Shown here: piece after piece, positions 16,756 to 27,100 of the stretch
How positions within the stretch are numbered: the first letter of the stretch is position 1
How the letters are laid out: every line of letters begins with the position of its first letter
UHGV virus genome: UHGV-0298867
DNA length: 55,178 nt
DNA from: a virus
Direction: 5' to 3' (one strand)
Translations under genes and position numbers: made by a program
The notes under the pieces: model-generated
What the model was told of the DNA's origin: nothing
What the model saw: the letters and a program-made list of their open reading frames with translations, nothing else
Database searches by the model: none

Positions 16756-18021
16756 ATGTTTGCACTTTGCGATGTGAACTCATTTTACGCATCCTGCGAA
16801 ACTGTTTTCCGTCCTGACCTGAAGGGGCGTCCGGTGGTCGTTCTGTCAAACAACGACGGCTGTGTGATCGCCCGCTCGCAAGAGGCGAAGCCCTTCGTCA
16901 AAATGGGCGAGCCTTATTTCAGGCAAAAGGACATGTTTCGCCGGCACGGTATTATCGCGTTTAGCAGCAACTATGAGCTTTATGCCGATATGTCCAACCG
17001 AGTGATGACAACGCTGGAGGAACTCTCTCCACGCTGCGAAATTTACAGTATTGATGAGGCATTTTGCGACCTGGCAGGAGTTCGGAATTGTCGCGACCTT
17101 ACCGACTTTGGCAGGGAAATTCGCGAGACGGTTCTGCGCAGGACGCACCTCACGGTCGGTGTCGGCATAGCCCAGACTAAAACCCTGGCAAAGCTGGCCA
17201 ATCACGCGGCGAAACAGTGGCAGCGGCAGACCGGAGGAGTGGTGGATCTGTCTAATCTGGAAAGACAGAGAAAGTTGATGGCTTTGCTTCCGGTGGATGA
17301 GGTCTGGGGAGTCGGGCGCCGCATCAGTAAAAAACTGGAGGCAATGGGCATTAAAACAGTGCTTCAACTGGCTGATACCGATATCCGTTTTATCCGGAAG
17401 CATTTTAATGTGGTTCTGGAGCGAACCGTGCTGGAGCTGCGAGGCGAACCATGCCTCGGGCTGGAGGAGTTCGCGCCGGTAAAGCAGGAGATTGTCTGTA
17501 GTCGCAGCTTTGGGCAGCGGATTTCCACCTACGAAGAGATGCGCCAGGCAATATGCAGCTACGCATCGCGCGCAGCGGAGAAACTCCGTGGTGAGCACCA
17601 GTATTGCAGATTTATCTCCGTATTTGTTAAAACCAGCCCCTTTGCGTTGAATGAACCGTACTACGGGAACAGCGCATCAGTAAAGCTGCTAACTCCAACC
17701 CAGGACAGTCGGGACATAATTACCGCGGCGACGAAATGCCTCGATGTAATCTGGCGAGACGGACATTGCTACCAAAAAGCAGGAGTGATGCTCGGGGATT
17801 TCTTCAGCCAGAGCGTAGCGCAGCTTAACCTCTTCGATGATAACGCACCACGGAAGAACAGTGAAAAGCTTATGGAAGTTCTCGACCACCTCAACGCAAA
17901 GGATGGCAGGGGGACGCTATATTTTGCTGGGCAGGGGATCCAGACTGCCTGGCAGATGAAGCGAGAAATGCTATCACCTCGATACACCACGAGATATAGT
18001 GACTTGATTAAAATCAGATAA
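16756..18021 (+). CDS. umuC: UmuC (DNA polymerase V catalytic subunit, Y-family)
   Basis: MFALCDVNSFYASCETVFRPDLKGRPVVVLSNNDGCVIARS... matches E. coli UmuC along its whole length. It starts 1 nt after the umuD stop. Confidence 0.95.
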   Translation: MFALCDVNSFYASCETVFRPDLKGRPVVVLSNNDGCVIARSQEAKPFVKMGEPYFRQKDMFRRHGIIAFSSNYELYADMSNRVMTTLEELSPRCEIYSIDEAFCDLAGVRNCRDLTDFGREIRETVLRRTHLTVGVGIAQTKTLAKLANHAAKQWQRQTGGVVDLSNLERQRKLMALLPVDEVWGVGRRISKKLEAMGIKTVLQLADTDIRFIRKHFNVVLERTVLELRGEPCLGLEEFAPVKQEIVCSRSFGQRISTYEEMRQAICSYASRAAEKLRGEHQYCRFISVFVKTSPFALNEPYYGNSASVKLLTPTQDSRDIITAATKCLDVIWRDGHCYQKAGVMLGDFFSQSVAQLNLFDDNAPRKNSEKLMEVLDHLNAKDGRGTLYFAGQGIQTAWQMKREMLSPRYTTRYSDLIKIR

Positions 18022-18269
18022 TTCAGTCCATGAATGTTGCATTGTACTATACAAGTTCTACTGCTATCTCAGTTCGCTTAGGAGCGAAAAGCGGAAGTTC
18101 ATAAAGGCTGTTAGCATGGGTAAGATCTTAACAAACGCATAGGTGTATTAGTCCCATCGGGATGGACAAGGAAATAATCAGCCAGTTAAGAGATTTCTAA
18201 AGTGAGTGTTCCAGCTAAGCGGGGGTGCTTGCGATGATTGCTAGATGAATATAAAAAGGTTATGCAGCT

Positions 18270-19364
18270 ATGAAAAATAAAAACTACAGCGTTGAGTGTG
18301 ATGATGAATCATTTGTATCTAAAGACGTTCAAGCTCTGATCAACAACGGTCTGGAATTTCTGGATAAGGCACGCGAAGAGTTGGAAGCCTCCAAGCCGAA
18401 ATTTTCGATTGTCAGTTTCTGGACAGCGGTTGAGATTATGTTGAAAGTGCCGCTGGTACACGAACACTGGAGCTTAGTGTGTTCCGGAAGGAAAATTGAA
18501 AAAGCAAAATACCTTGCAGGTGATTTCCAGTCGATCACGTATGATGAAACCTGTCAGCGATTAGGTGATGTGCTTCAAAATCCCTTACCGAAAGAAACCA
18601 TCGCTGTATTCAAAAAAGTTAAGGACCACCGCAACCGTGTAGTTCATTTTTATCATTCTGATTTCACCGATACTCAAGTGAAGACAATTCTTGATGAACA
18701 GGCTGATGCTTGGTTTGCGCTAAACCGTTTTATGCGTGATCAGTGGTTCTACCTTTTTGGAGAACCGCTAAACTCAAAGCTGGCATCAGATGAGGACCGT
18801 ATGCTCCGGAGTTCGTTATTTTATGCTGATGCAAAATTTCGTTTTCTCCAGCCTATTCTTGATAATCTCAGAAATAAGGGAAGCACGATTTCAACCTGTC
18901 GTGCCTGCAGCAAAGAAGCTCTCGTTGACATGCCTATCAATGAGGAAAGTGGGAATACTCTTCACGAGGCAGATTGCTTAGTGTGCGGTTGCAGGGCTGA
19001 TCCATATGTCGAAGTGACATGCCCTGATTGCGGGGCAAAGCAGGATATGGGTGCTACCGGTGGAACGCAATTCAATTGCAGTAACTGTAATTATTCTTCA
19101 TCACGGTACGACTTGCTGGATGAGTGGATTGGCAAACCGGAAGAATTTAGTTATTCGGGTCTTCCAGCAAGTTGTTCCGATTGCGAAGGCTATGAGACGG
19201 TATGTGAGTACGGAGGTGGATATCTGTGTACGAACTGCCTTGTTTTTCATCAGTCAATAGGTACTTGTGGTTACTGCGGAGGAAGCTCTACATCAGTTAG
19301 TGAAATGAGCGGGCTGGTTGGTTGCGGATTTTGTGACGGAAATACTAAGTATCTTGATGACTGA
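18270..19364 (+). CDS. Orphan protein: an N-terminal all-alpha domain with a possible HEPN Rx4H motif (DHRNRVVHF), then a C-terminal array of about eight CxxC pairs (four zinc ribbons)
   Basis: Lower GC than its flanks. A long ORF with a good RBS context. Cys pairs: CRAC..CLVCGC, CPDCG..CSNCNYSS, CSDCEG..CTNC, CGYCGG..CGFCDG. Confidence 0.6.
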   Translation: MKNKNYSVECDDESFVSKDVQALINNGLEFLDKAREELEASKPKFSIVSFWTAVEIMLKVPLVHEHWSLVCSGRKIEKAKYLAGDFQSITYDETCQRLGDVLQNPLPKETIAVFKKVKDHRNRVVHFYHSDFTDTQVKTILDEQADAWFALNRFMRDQWFYLFGEPLNSKLASDEDRMLRSSLFYADAKFRFLQPILDNLRNKGSTISTCRACSKEALVDMPINEESGNTLHEADCLVCGCRADPYVEVTCPDCGAKQDMGATGGTQFNCSNCNYSSSRYDLLDEWIGKPEEFSYSGLPASCSDCEGYETVCEYGGGYLCTNCLVFHQSIGTCGYCGGSSTSVSEMSGLVGCGFCDGNTKYLDD

Positions 19365-19407
19365 AGTTAGCAAAAAATAGTCAATCATAAGGGAATATAT
19401 GACAACT

Positions 19408-19974
19408 TTATTTAGCTGAGTTTTCTATCAGTTCTGGCCCCTTAGTCTTCACGTTACCCACCGCGCGGGATACAGGGTGCCAGGTGAATTGATCTGCTGG
19501 CACTGTACCATTTGCTGTTATCTCCTCCGCCTCTTTACCTCCTACATCCTGCTTCATCTCCGCGCTCGAAAGGGACGCTGCCAATAGTCGCCATGAAGAT
19601 GGGCTTGCCGTCTTTACGGTGAATGAAGTAAGGCTGTTTCTTGTCGCCTTCTTTTTCCATTCGAACCATCCATCAGCAAAGCAGATCGCCCGGCCATGTT
19701 GCCAGAGAGGTTTAAACATTCTACTAGCGGCTGCCGTTTAGACGCGTGCGTTAATCAGAGGCGGTTTATCCCACCACCCGGGTGCGTAACCCCAGTGAAC
19801 CGGATCGAGGTGCAGCTGTTCGTCTCGTTCGCTCAGGAGCAAAACTTTAGTCCCCGGCGCCACGTTGTAACGCCAAATCGGCTCAGGGTCGTATGCGATG
19901 TCTCGCTCGGCTTCATCCGCCAGGTATACCAGATATTCTTCACGGGTTTGTGATTGAGCAAAGCGTCCGCACAT
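19408..19974 (-). pseudogene. yedK: SOS-response-associated peptidase (SRAP, YedK-like) pseudogene. It has a nonsense codon after INARV, a +1 frameshift in a poly-A tract after EWKK, and a ~100-nt internal deletion.
   Basis: The N-part MCGRFAQSQTREEYL...PPLINARV* and the C-part MFKPLWQHGRAICFADGWFEWKK... match E. coli YedK. The alternate frame restores EGDKKQPYFIHRKDGKPIFMATIGSVPFERGDEA. Confidence 0.85.
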
Positions 19975-20368
19975 GGTTACCTCCAGTCTTCAGACTGAAA
20001 GTATAGAAGGTGTGGAGGAAACGTAGGAAGGGAACTCCGACAGCCATCTAACTGATGACTGTCGGAGATGACGTCAAAAACAATGTGTACAAAATTGTGT
20101 ATTAAAATCAGGAAAATTGCACAATTTGAAAATTTAACTCATTGTTTTTAATTGACAAAAACATTTATTTTGTAGGTGCTATCGTAGGGCATATGAATCC
20201 GTTTTAAGTTTGTTAGTCATGCTTTAAGTCTTTTCAAAAATCCCGCTAATACCAACACATTGCCAGCATTCAGTGCTTTAATTTTGTGTGTTCTGCATTG
20301 ATTTGAAGGTTATCAATTTAACCAAAATGTGTACACTGATGTGTATATCATCTTCCGGAGTGTACACA

Positions 20369-21556
20369 TTGCTTACCGACACAAAATTAAGAAAAGCTCT
20401 TGGCAAAAAGAGAGACCAGATCGAGGTCATATCGGACGCTCATGGTCTGAATGTCCGGTTGTCTACTTCCGGCAGTATAACATTCTTTTACCGCTACAGA
20501 TGGAACGGGAAAGCCGCTCAGCTAACGATTGGCGATTATCCCACCACCTCCTTATCTCAAGCTCGCGAACGTAGACAGCAGTTCAGGGCGTGGTTGACAG
20601 AAGGACTCGATCCGAGACGGCAAATAGTTCTGGAGAAACAGAAAAAAGTCGAAGCGCTCACCGTTAAAGAGGCTTTCGATTACTGGGAAAAGTATTACTG
20701 CATCCCTGAAGGTCTTGTGAAAATCAAGGTTAACCGACGGGACTTCAATAACCATATAGCGCCTGTGCTGGGGAACATGATTGTTGATCAGACCACTAAA
20801 GCGCACTGGCTTAACCTTTTTGATGGCATGGGGCGAAGAGTTGTCACTGGTCAGATGCTTGGGCTGATGCAGCGTACGTTCCGTTTTTGCTCCAATCGAG
20901 GGGTCATTAATGTGAACCCAATTGAGAGCCTTAGGCGCTCTGACGTAGGTCTCACAGCATCCGTTAAAGATCGCAGATTGAGTGATGAGGAAATCAAAAC
21001 AGTTTGGAATATCCTTCCTGAATTGAAGTACAGACAACAGCTGATAATGAAGTTTCTCATCATGACTGGCTGCAGGAGTACAGAGATCAGGACAGCAAGA
21101 TGGGAGTGGTTCGATTTCCATGAGCAAACTTGGACCATTCCGGCAAGTGATTATAAAACCGGTAAATCGGTCAGAAGGGCACTTCCCGAGGCAGTAGTAA
21201 GAATGATGTTAGCAGAGAAGGAAACGTCAGTTTCAAAACACGTTGTGACACTGTCACGCTACAGGGGGCCAGAAGATGACAGACCGCCACTACAACCAAA
21301 CGTCGCTCTGTTTTCTGCTCAGATTATAGCTAAAACAGGCATGAAACCCTGGTCTCTCCATGACCTCAGGCGAACAGTGGCGACACGCCTTTCTGAATTA
21401 GGTGCGCCGCCACATGTTGTGGAAAAACTGCTTGGCCATCATATGGCAGGTGTCATGGCACGTTATAACCTGCATGATTATCTGGATGATCAGCGTCACT
21501 GGCTTGCTGTTTGGCAGGATCACCTTGAGAAGCTGGTTGGTCAGCCTCTGGTTTAA
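20369..21556 (+). CDS. int: Tyrosine integrase, P4-type. Probable TTG start at 20369 (MLTDTKLRKAL...). The ORF is open from 20288, with alternative ATGs at 20327 and 20339.
   Basis: An LTDTKLRKA N-terminus is typical of P4-family integrases. The C-terminus has HDLRRT...GH...ARY (R-H-R-Y catalytic residues). Confidence 0.9.
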   Translation: MLTDTKLRKALGKKRDQIEVISDAHGLNVRLSTSGSITFFYRYRWNGKAAQLTIGDYPTTSLSQARERRQQFRAWLTEGLDPRRQIVLEKQKKVEALTVKEAFDYWEKYYCIPEGLVKIKVNRRDFNNHIAPVLGNMIVDQTTKAHWLNLFDGMGRRVVTGQMLGLMQRTFRFCSNRGVINVNPIESLRRSDVGLTASVKDRRLSDEEIKTVWNILPELKYRQQLIMKFLIMTGCRSTEIRTARWEWFDFHEQTWTIPASDYKTGKSVRRALPEAVVRMMLAEKETSVSKHVVTLSRYRGPEDDRPPLQPNVALFSAQIIAKTGMKPWSLHDLRRTVATRLSELGAPPHVVEKLLGHHMAGVMARYNLHDYLDDQRHWLAVWQDHLEKLVGQPLV

Positions 21557-21767
21557 TCCCCACGTTATCTTCCCAGGCCAACAAGTCTGAAAGTCTCCAC
21601 CTTTTAGGGCTGCCATTTATTTTAGGCTGCGGGAATGGCTGAGCAAAGTAAGAGGGCATCCGGGATGGGGTGCTCCAGAAATAGAGTGTGCTGCGCGATA
21701 TTTTGTATCTGGACAGAACGTCATCGGTTATCAAAATTTCATCTGATTTATGAGATGTATTAGTCAT
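21453..21767 (-). CDS. AlpA/excisionase-family small DNA-binding regulator
   Basis: ILITDDVLSRYKISRSTLYFW...RWRLSDLLAWE fits the AlpA/MerR-like HTH pattern. It is convergent with and adjacent to int. RBS AAGGGG. Confidence 0.55.
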   Translation of the reverse strand: MTNTSHKSDEILITDDVLSRYKISRSTLYFWSTPSRMPSYFAQPFPQPKINGSPKRWRLSDLLAWEDNVGIKPEADQPASQGDPAKQQASDADHPDNHAGYNVP

Positions 21768-21776
21768 AGAAACCCC

Positions 21777-22016
21777 TTAGTTACATTGTCCAGGCAGATG
21801 GTGTAGCCGGCGCGCGCAGCTCATGGCTGTGGCCACATAGCTACTTTTTCTGTTAACAACTTCTACAGTGATCTTTGAGCCTTGAACCACCACCGTATAA
21901 GTTCTTTTCGTTTTCTGTCGCCCGTAGGCTCCATAAAGCTCAACGTGTTTTGCCAGTGCCGCATCGCACGCCTGGCGGCCCAGCGGTGATTGTTTGCTTC
22001 GGTTAATCAGTCGCAT
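21777..22016 (-). CDS. Hypothetical small protein (start at the ATG at 22016, RBS GAGGTG)
   Basis: ORF with an RBS; there is no recognisable domain. Confidence 0.35.
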   Translation of the reverse strand: MRLINRSKQSPLGRQACDAALAKHVELYGAYGRQKTKRTYTVVVQGSKITVEVVNRKSSYVATAMSCARRLHHLPGQCN

Positions 22017-22023
22017 ATTCACC

Positions 22024-22332
22024 TCACACAAAGACATCAACCGGATCGCCAGCTGCGCGCGCGTTGTCGTTCGCTTCACGGCGGAGGCCGAGAACATAGC
22101 CAACGGGATCCCAACTGGACAGAATTGCATTGAGCTCTTTATGGCTGTGCCAGGTTGTCAGGCGTTTTTTAAGCTCGCTGGCGCAGGCGCGCACGTTCGC
22201 CCGGGTGGGGCCGGCCATCTTCATGCATAAGCACAAAGTCAGAAGCAGATCCGAATATTCGTCGGCGGCTGCACGCAATGCTGCCGGGTCGATGCTGGCT
22301 TCCAGCTCAGGTAATCGATGTTTAAGACTCAT
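22024..22332 (-). CDS. Hypothetical protein (102 aa)
   Basis: ORF with RBS GAGGAG, part of the minus-strand early operon. Confidence 0.45.
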   Translation of the reverse strand: MSLKHRLPELEASIDPAALRAAADEYSDLLLTLCLCMKMAGPTRANVRACASELKKRLTTWHSHKELNAILSSWDPVGYVLGLRREANDNARAAGDPVDVFV

Positions 22333-22994
22333 GCTGTCAGCTCCTCAATTCGTTTGAACTTAATAACCCAAACCCATGGATTGGAATTCCATGATTCGTC
22401 GCCGTAGATTGATTTCCAAAGGGTTACGAATGAGCCGCGGGCGCTCAGTTGATGTTGAGTCCAGCCTGGCTGATAGTGCTTCCAGAAGCCCCCTCGTAGC
22501 TTCGCCACACCTTCTGCCTGAGCATCATGCTCGTTGATAGCGTTTAGCCGCTCAACCCGCACGTCGGTGATTTCCAGCAGAATGCGGCTGGCCCAGCGTG
22601 GCATGTGCAGCGAAGGAGTCCATTTCTCATGCTTTGCCGGCTTATTGCAGACAGCTACGGGTACACGGTGGGTTTGCTCAGTCCATGAATTTCGCTCGCT
22701 GGCTTTGTATACCTGGGTGGCGACGTCTGTAGCCCGGCTATGCACCCGAAAGGCCTCCCGCACCCAGATGCGATCGCCTGGTATTCCGTATGGGCAGCAT
22801 TCCCTGATCAGTTCAGGTACATCTTCCGGGTAGCAGCCGATAAACTTCTTCTCGATCTGAATGAATTTTGAAATTTGGTCTCTTCCGACCGTGCAGTCCT
22901 TTATAATCCTGCGCGTCTGCGTCTTTCGGCCATCCAACAATGCCCGCACCATCTCCCCGTTAAAAATCATCCCGCGTTCAGTAATTTTCGTCAT
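22329..22994 (-). CDS. ASCH/PUA-like domain protein
   Basis: MIFNGEMVRALLDGRKTQTRR...GDRIWVREAF matches the ASCH N-terminal signature. Confidence 0.45.
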   Translation of the reverse strand: MTKITERGMIFNGEMVRALLDGRKTQTRRIIKDCTVGRDQISKFIQIEKKFIGCYPEDVPELIRECCPYGIPGDRIWVREAFRVHSRATDVATQVYKASERNSWTEQTHRVPVAVCNKPAKHEKWTPSLHMPRWASRILLEITDVRVERLNAINEHDAQAEGVAKLRGGFWKHYQPGWTQHQLSARGSFVTLWKSIYGDESWNSNPWVWVIKFKRIEELTA

Positions 22995-23028
22995 ATCGTT
23001 ACCGGGAGGGCGAACCCTCCCGCCTCCC

Positions 23029-24138
23029 TTAGCCCACGTATTCCGGTTTCATGTCGTCCAGGGTGATGCGGAACTGCTCATACAGTTCATCACCGAGGTG
23101 GCGGCGCGATGAGGTCAGGGTGCTTTCTGCCTTCGCGAATAACGCTTCGGCTTCCGGATCCCCCGGGTTAGGAAGTGAATTTATGGCGGCCTCAACTTTG
23201 TTTCGGGCGTCTACCATGAAATAACGCTGCACGGCTTTACCTTTCAGTTCGGTGAAAAGAACAGTGCCAAACACAGCTTTCTCTTTATCCAGATCCGCCC
23301 TGATGGCTTTTGCTGCATCGACCGATTCGGCGCGCTCAATGCGGTCACGGAAATCATCTGCCAGGGAGTCAATATTGAGAGCTGAATCCTGCGCGCTGGT
23401 GGTGATGTCTGTTCCGCTGGTGATCTCTGCGACAGACATTCTTTGCGCCGGCGCCGGGTTTATTTCTCGCTCGGTCCTTTGTTCAACTTCATCCGGGCTG
23501 TAAACACCCAGGATGACTTCCGGGCAATACAGCCGTGCCCAGTATTTGACGCCCAGATAAGCGATCTGCTGTTTCGGGTTAGAAACCCACAAAGGAGAAT
23601 TACGTGTGACGACTCCAGAGAGATAAAGTGGCTCACCCCAGGTGATTTCTGATTCACCACGCAGAATCGCGCCGACCTGGACGAATAACCCGATTTCGTC
23701 TTCATCAGTCCAGCCGCGCACCCGTTCTGTAACGCTGTATTTCCCATTTTTACCGTGTTTTTCCCTGGTAATTTCCTGCGTCCTTGTGCAACGTTCCCAG
23801 TCGCCGCCGTAGCGATAATGAAATCGACCGTTAATAGCGCTGGAACTGGCGATTACCGCGTTGACGAGTTGGGCTTCATATCCGAGCACGCCGTTTACCA
23901 GATGCGTTTTTTGCGCGACTGCATAGGGATTCATGCCCCACTGCATAGCCTGCATAACGATGGCCATGCAATCGGCTGGCTTACCTGCAAGGTGAGCTGG
24001 CACTGTCACTTGTGAATCAGCCATAAGGTTTGCGAAAGCAGTTAACTGACCGAGAGCCTGAACGTTAAAGATCGCGTTGCTAGCTGAAATGGTGTTTGGT
24101 GCCTGCTGTTCGGCTGTAACAATGTTAGTGTTTTCCAT
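23029..24138 (-). CDS. recT: RecT-family single-strand annealing protein
   Basis: Immediately downstream of the RecE-like gene. YEAQLVNAVIASSSAINGR resembles RecT GYRGMIDLARRSGQIASL. The C-terminus is acidic. Confidence 0.65.
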   Translation of the reverse strand: MENTNIVTAEQQAPNTISASNAIFNVQALGQLTAFANLMADSQVTVPAHLAGKPADCMAIVMQAMQWGMNPYAVAQKTHLVNGVLGYEAQLVNAVIASSSAINGRFHYRYGGDWERCTRTQEITREKHGKNGKYSVTERVRGWTDEDEIGLFVQVGAILRGESEITWGEPLYLSGVVTRNSPLWVSNPKQQIAYLGVKYWARLYCPEVILGVYSPDEVEQRTEREINPAPAQRMSVAEITSGTDITTSAQDSALNIDSLADDFRDRIERAESVDAAKAIRADLDKEKAVFGTVLFTELKGKAVQRYFMVDARNKVEAAINSLPNPGDPEAEALFAKAESTLTSSRRHLGDELYEQFRITLDDMKPEYVG

Positions 24139-24150
24139 GACTGTTCCCCC

Positions 24151-27100
24151 TTATGCCTGTACGCGCAGCGCTTCGAGACGGCGCATATCAAAATCGTTAA
24201 GTTCTTCGGTGTAGTCTTCGGTAATCGGCGCCGGCCATTCGCCAGTGTCGAAACCGTTCGCGATGGCACGCATTGCTTTGCGATATTCCAGCATGCCGAG
24301 TTCCAGCAGTTCTTCGGATGCCTCGATGATGGCGATCCAGTGGTAGTTCTCGTCTTTGTTGACGAATATCCAGAAGAACTGGTCAAGGGCTGCGGTTTCG
24401 CAGTACATAGCCGCGCTCAGGTGGTAATCGCGCTCGATGATTTCCCGGTGCAGCTTCGCGCGCAGGCCTTCCTGCTTAATGTTCCACATACTGATGGTTT
24501 TCAGGTCCGCACCAATGCGCAGGCCGCCCATGTCTATCTCAAGGTCAGGGCGCACGCGAACTTCCAGCCCGGTTTCCTCATCAATGCCGAAATAGCTCAC
24601 CTCGACGGCACGGCTCGGGTGCGTCAACAACTTGCCAGCGGTCGGGTGATTCAACAGTGCTTTCTGAATGGCCAGTGCCGTAGCCAGCTGCTGGCGGGTA
24701 ACCAGCACTTTTCCTTCCGGGTTCTCGCGCCATGCATCCAGCAGCTCGTCGGCAAACACGGCATCCGGTTTTACCGATTTCACGGCCTGAATCAGATCGG
24801 CCTTTGTGCCAGAGACTTTCAGGGGCTGCGCCTTCTGTGTTTCCTGAGCAACCATGTCAGGATTAATAAGCGCCAGCTGTTCCAGTAAGGCATCGCGGCC
24901 ACCGCTGGTTTTCACCTGGGCGGGCAGGGTGGCGTTGTATTCTTTGATGCAGGCCTTCATTGCGGTGGCGGTTTGCTTCTGACCGTCTTCAATGCGCTGG
25001 AACTCAGCAGGTAAAGACATATAACCCTGGCCGGTTTCTTCAACTGATGTACCCAAGGGAACCTGGGCGGGCAGGTTCGCGTTGTATTCCTCCAGGTATC
25101 TTTTGATGTCATCTGCGCTGAGTAAAACCGGAAGCCCGTTGTTGTATTCGTCGATAAATGCGCGGATCGTCGCCGTAGTGGTGAAAGCGCCTTCCGGGAT
25201 TTCCGGCTCGATACTGAATTCTTTTTCCAGCTGATCAGGCTGCAGCGCCAGTGCATGCACCAGATTTCCCATATCCAGAACAGGGGAGCGTACCTTCTGG
25301 ATGGTCTTGGATACGTGGCGCGCCTCGAAATACATCAGCGATACCCGCGCATCTTTAACCATCGTGGAGCTGATGCCGTTAGCGGCGTGGTAGACCTCAT
25401 TTGGCACGCCTTCATATCGACCAGGCTCGAAATACTCCGGCCATGCTGACGCTGCTTGTTCAGCATCTTCCTCATCATCACTGTGAGCATTCTCAGAAAC
25501 CTGGCTTTTCAGCACTTCGGCGGTAAGATCCGGGCAGCGTTCAGCCAGTATTTCGCTCATGTTCACGGCAGTTGTTTGCGCAGGAGGTTCATCAGCGCCT
25601 TCGCCTGTTGATACCGCATTATCATTTTCGTCTTCGACCGGCTGAGCCGTTTCCATCTGCACATCGCTGGTGGTTTCCCCGGAATTAGCTGGATGTAATT
25701 TTTCTTCTGCAGCGCGCTGGCGCGCCTGGTCCACGATATAAAGTGCTGGTGCTGGCTGGCTATCCATCAGACCATCAATCGAAAAAACACCATTGCCCAT
25801 GTTTGAAACTTCAGGCTGTTTGGGTTTGGTCAGGTCTTCGGTTATCCACTTCGGATCCGTGGGGTCACTGATACCTTCGACATATTCGCCACGTTCGGCG
25901 GCCAGAACCTGATTAGCGTCAGGTCGTTTCTTTTGAGCTTCTTTCACCAGTTCGGTGCCAATTACCTGAAAGTCAGTTGGGAGAGTTTCCAGGTCAGGCA
26001 CACCTTCATCTCCATCGATAGCCTTTTTCACAGCGTCCAGAGTGACGGCGGCAGATGAAACATGACCGGCTTTTTCAAGCGTCTCAGCAGAAGGGACGTC
26101 ATGCTTATGCTCGGTCAGGTTCGCATTGATATAGGTCTGCAGACTTACCGGGAAATGATGAATGTCGCTGGTGGCGCCACGAATAAGGGCAAAAATGGCG
26201 GCGCGGGAATAATCCAGGATGCCTGCAACCTTGCGCAGCGCTGCAGACCATTCCTTGAACGGACTTTCTTTCTTCTGGACGATCTCTTTGGCCCGGCGGT
26301 GAATTGATGCCGGGAAATTGTAGATATCGAAATCCATTGGCATTGTGGCCAGAGCTATTTCTACATCGAGCGTATCAAGGGTATGGGTGTAGTCAGGGTT
26401 GCGATCGGTTTTATTACCGCCGCCAGCATTCGTACCTGCATCGGTTTTCAAAACCGAAGAAATGCAGTTACCGGCAGCCCATTCCCTGGTGAGAATGCCG
26501 CGGTCGATCGCGTTCGTGGCGAACCACAACTTTGCAAACTGGATACGTTTGCCGAGCTCATGTCGTTTCCCTTCCGGGAAGACTTTTTTATTGGCGCTGG
26601 TGAATTTCCAGAGCGCCGGCATATCGTATTTTTTGATTTCAGGGACATTCTCGGCGGCCAGAATCAGATCCTGGACGGCTGCGTTATCAGTGTCCATTTC
26701 AAGAGCTGACAGCTCCTGCCGGTGAGGCATGCTGATATGATAAACGTGACGTTCTTCAGCCATGTACTGCGCCAGCAGCTGAGCGCGAAAGGGGAGTTCT
26801 GCCACGCTAAAAAGCGCGCTGGAATCGTCCTGGTATTCATCGCTACCGAAAGTTTCCACGGTCTCACCTTGTGCCGCATCGCCAGTAGTATTGGCATCAA
26901 CCAGCACGCCACTAACGGGCTCAGCGGATTCTCCGGCATCATCGCCGTGATGAACATCAGCAGGCGCCTGTCCTGGCTTCAAAGTCCAGGTGCGGCCATC
27001 GTCGCCGAGCTGGTAGCGTTCGCACCATGAGTAATCGAGAACACCCTCTGCCGGCAGGTCGTTGAATACCGGGAAATCGGTGCGAATAGGTTTTTGATAG

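Noticed and set aside
16846-17598. 250-aa minus-strand ORF antisense to umuC
   Set aside because: umuC is near-identical to the known protein along this stretch, and the antisense ORF has a nonsense-like composition.
19408-19974. Idea that the SRAP/yedK copy is the phage's integration target gene (like e14 and icd)
   Set aside because: The phage carries an entire, multiply damaged copy including its 5' end rather than a 3' replacement fragment. SRAP genes also commonly travel with umuDC, so cargo is the simpler explanation. This cannot be excluded without attB.
24340-26957. Plus-strand ORFs inside recE (24340-24888, 26062-26709 and others)
   Set aside because: Shadows of the 1032-aa RecE-like CDS.
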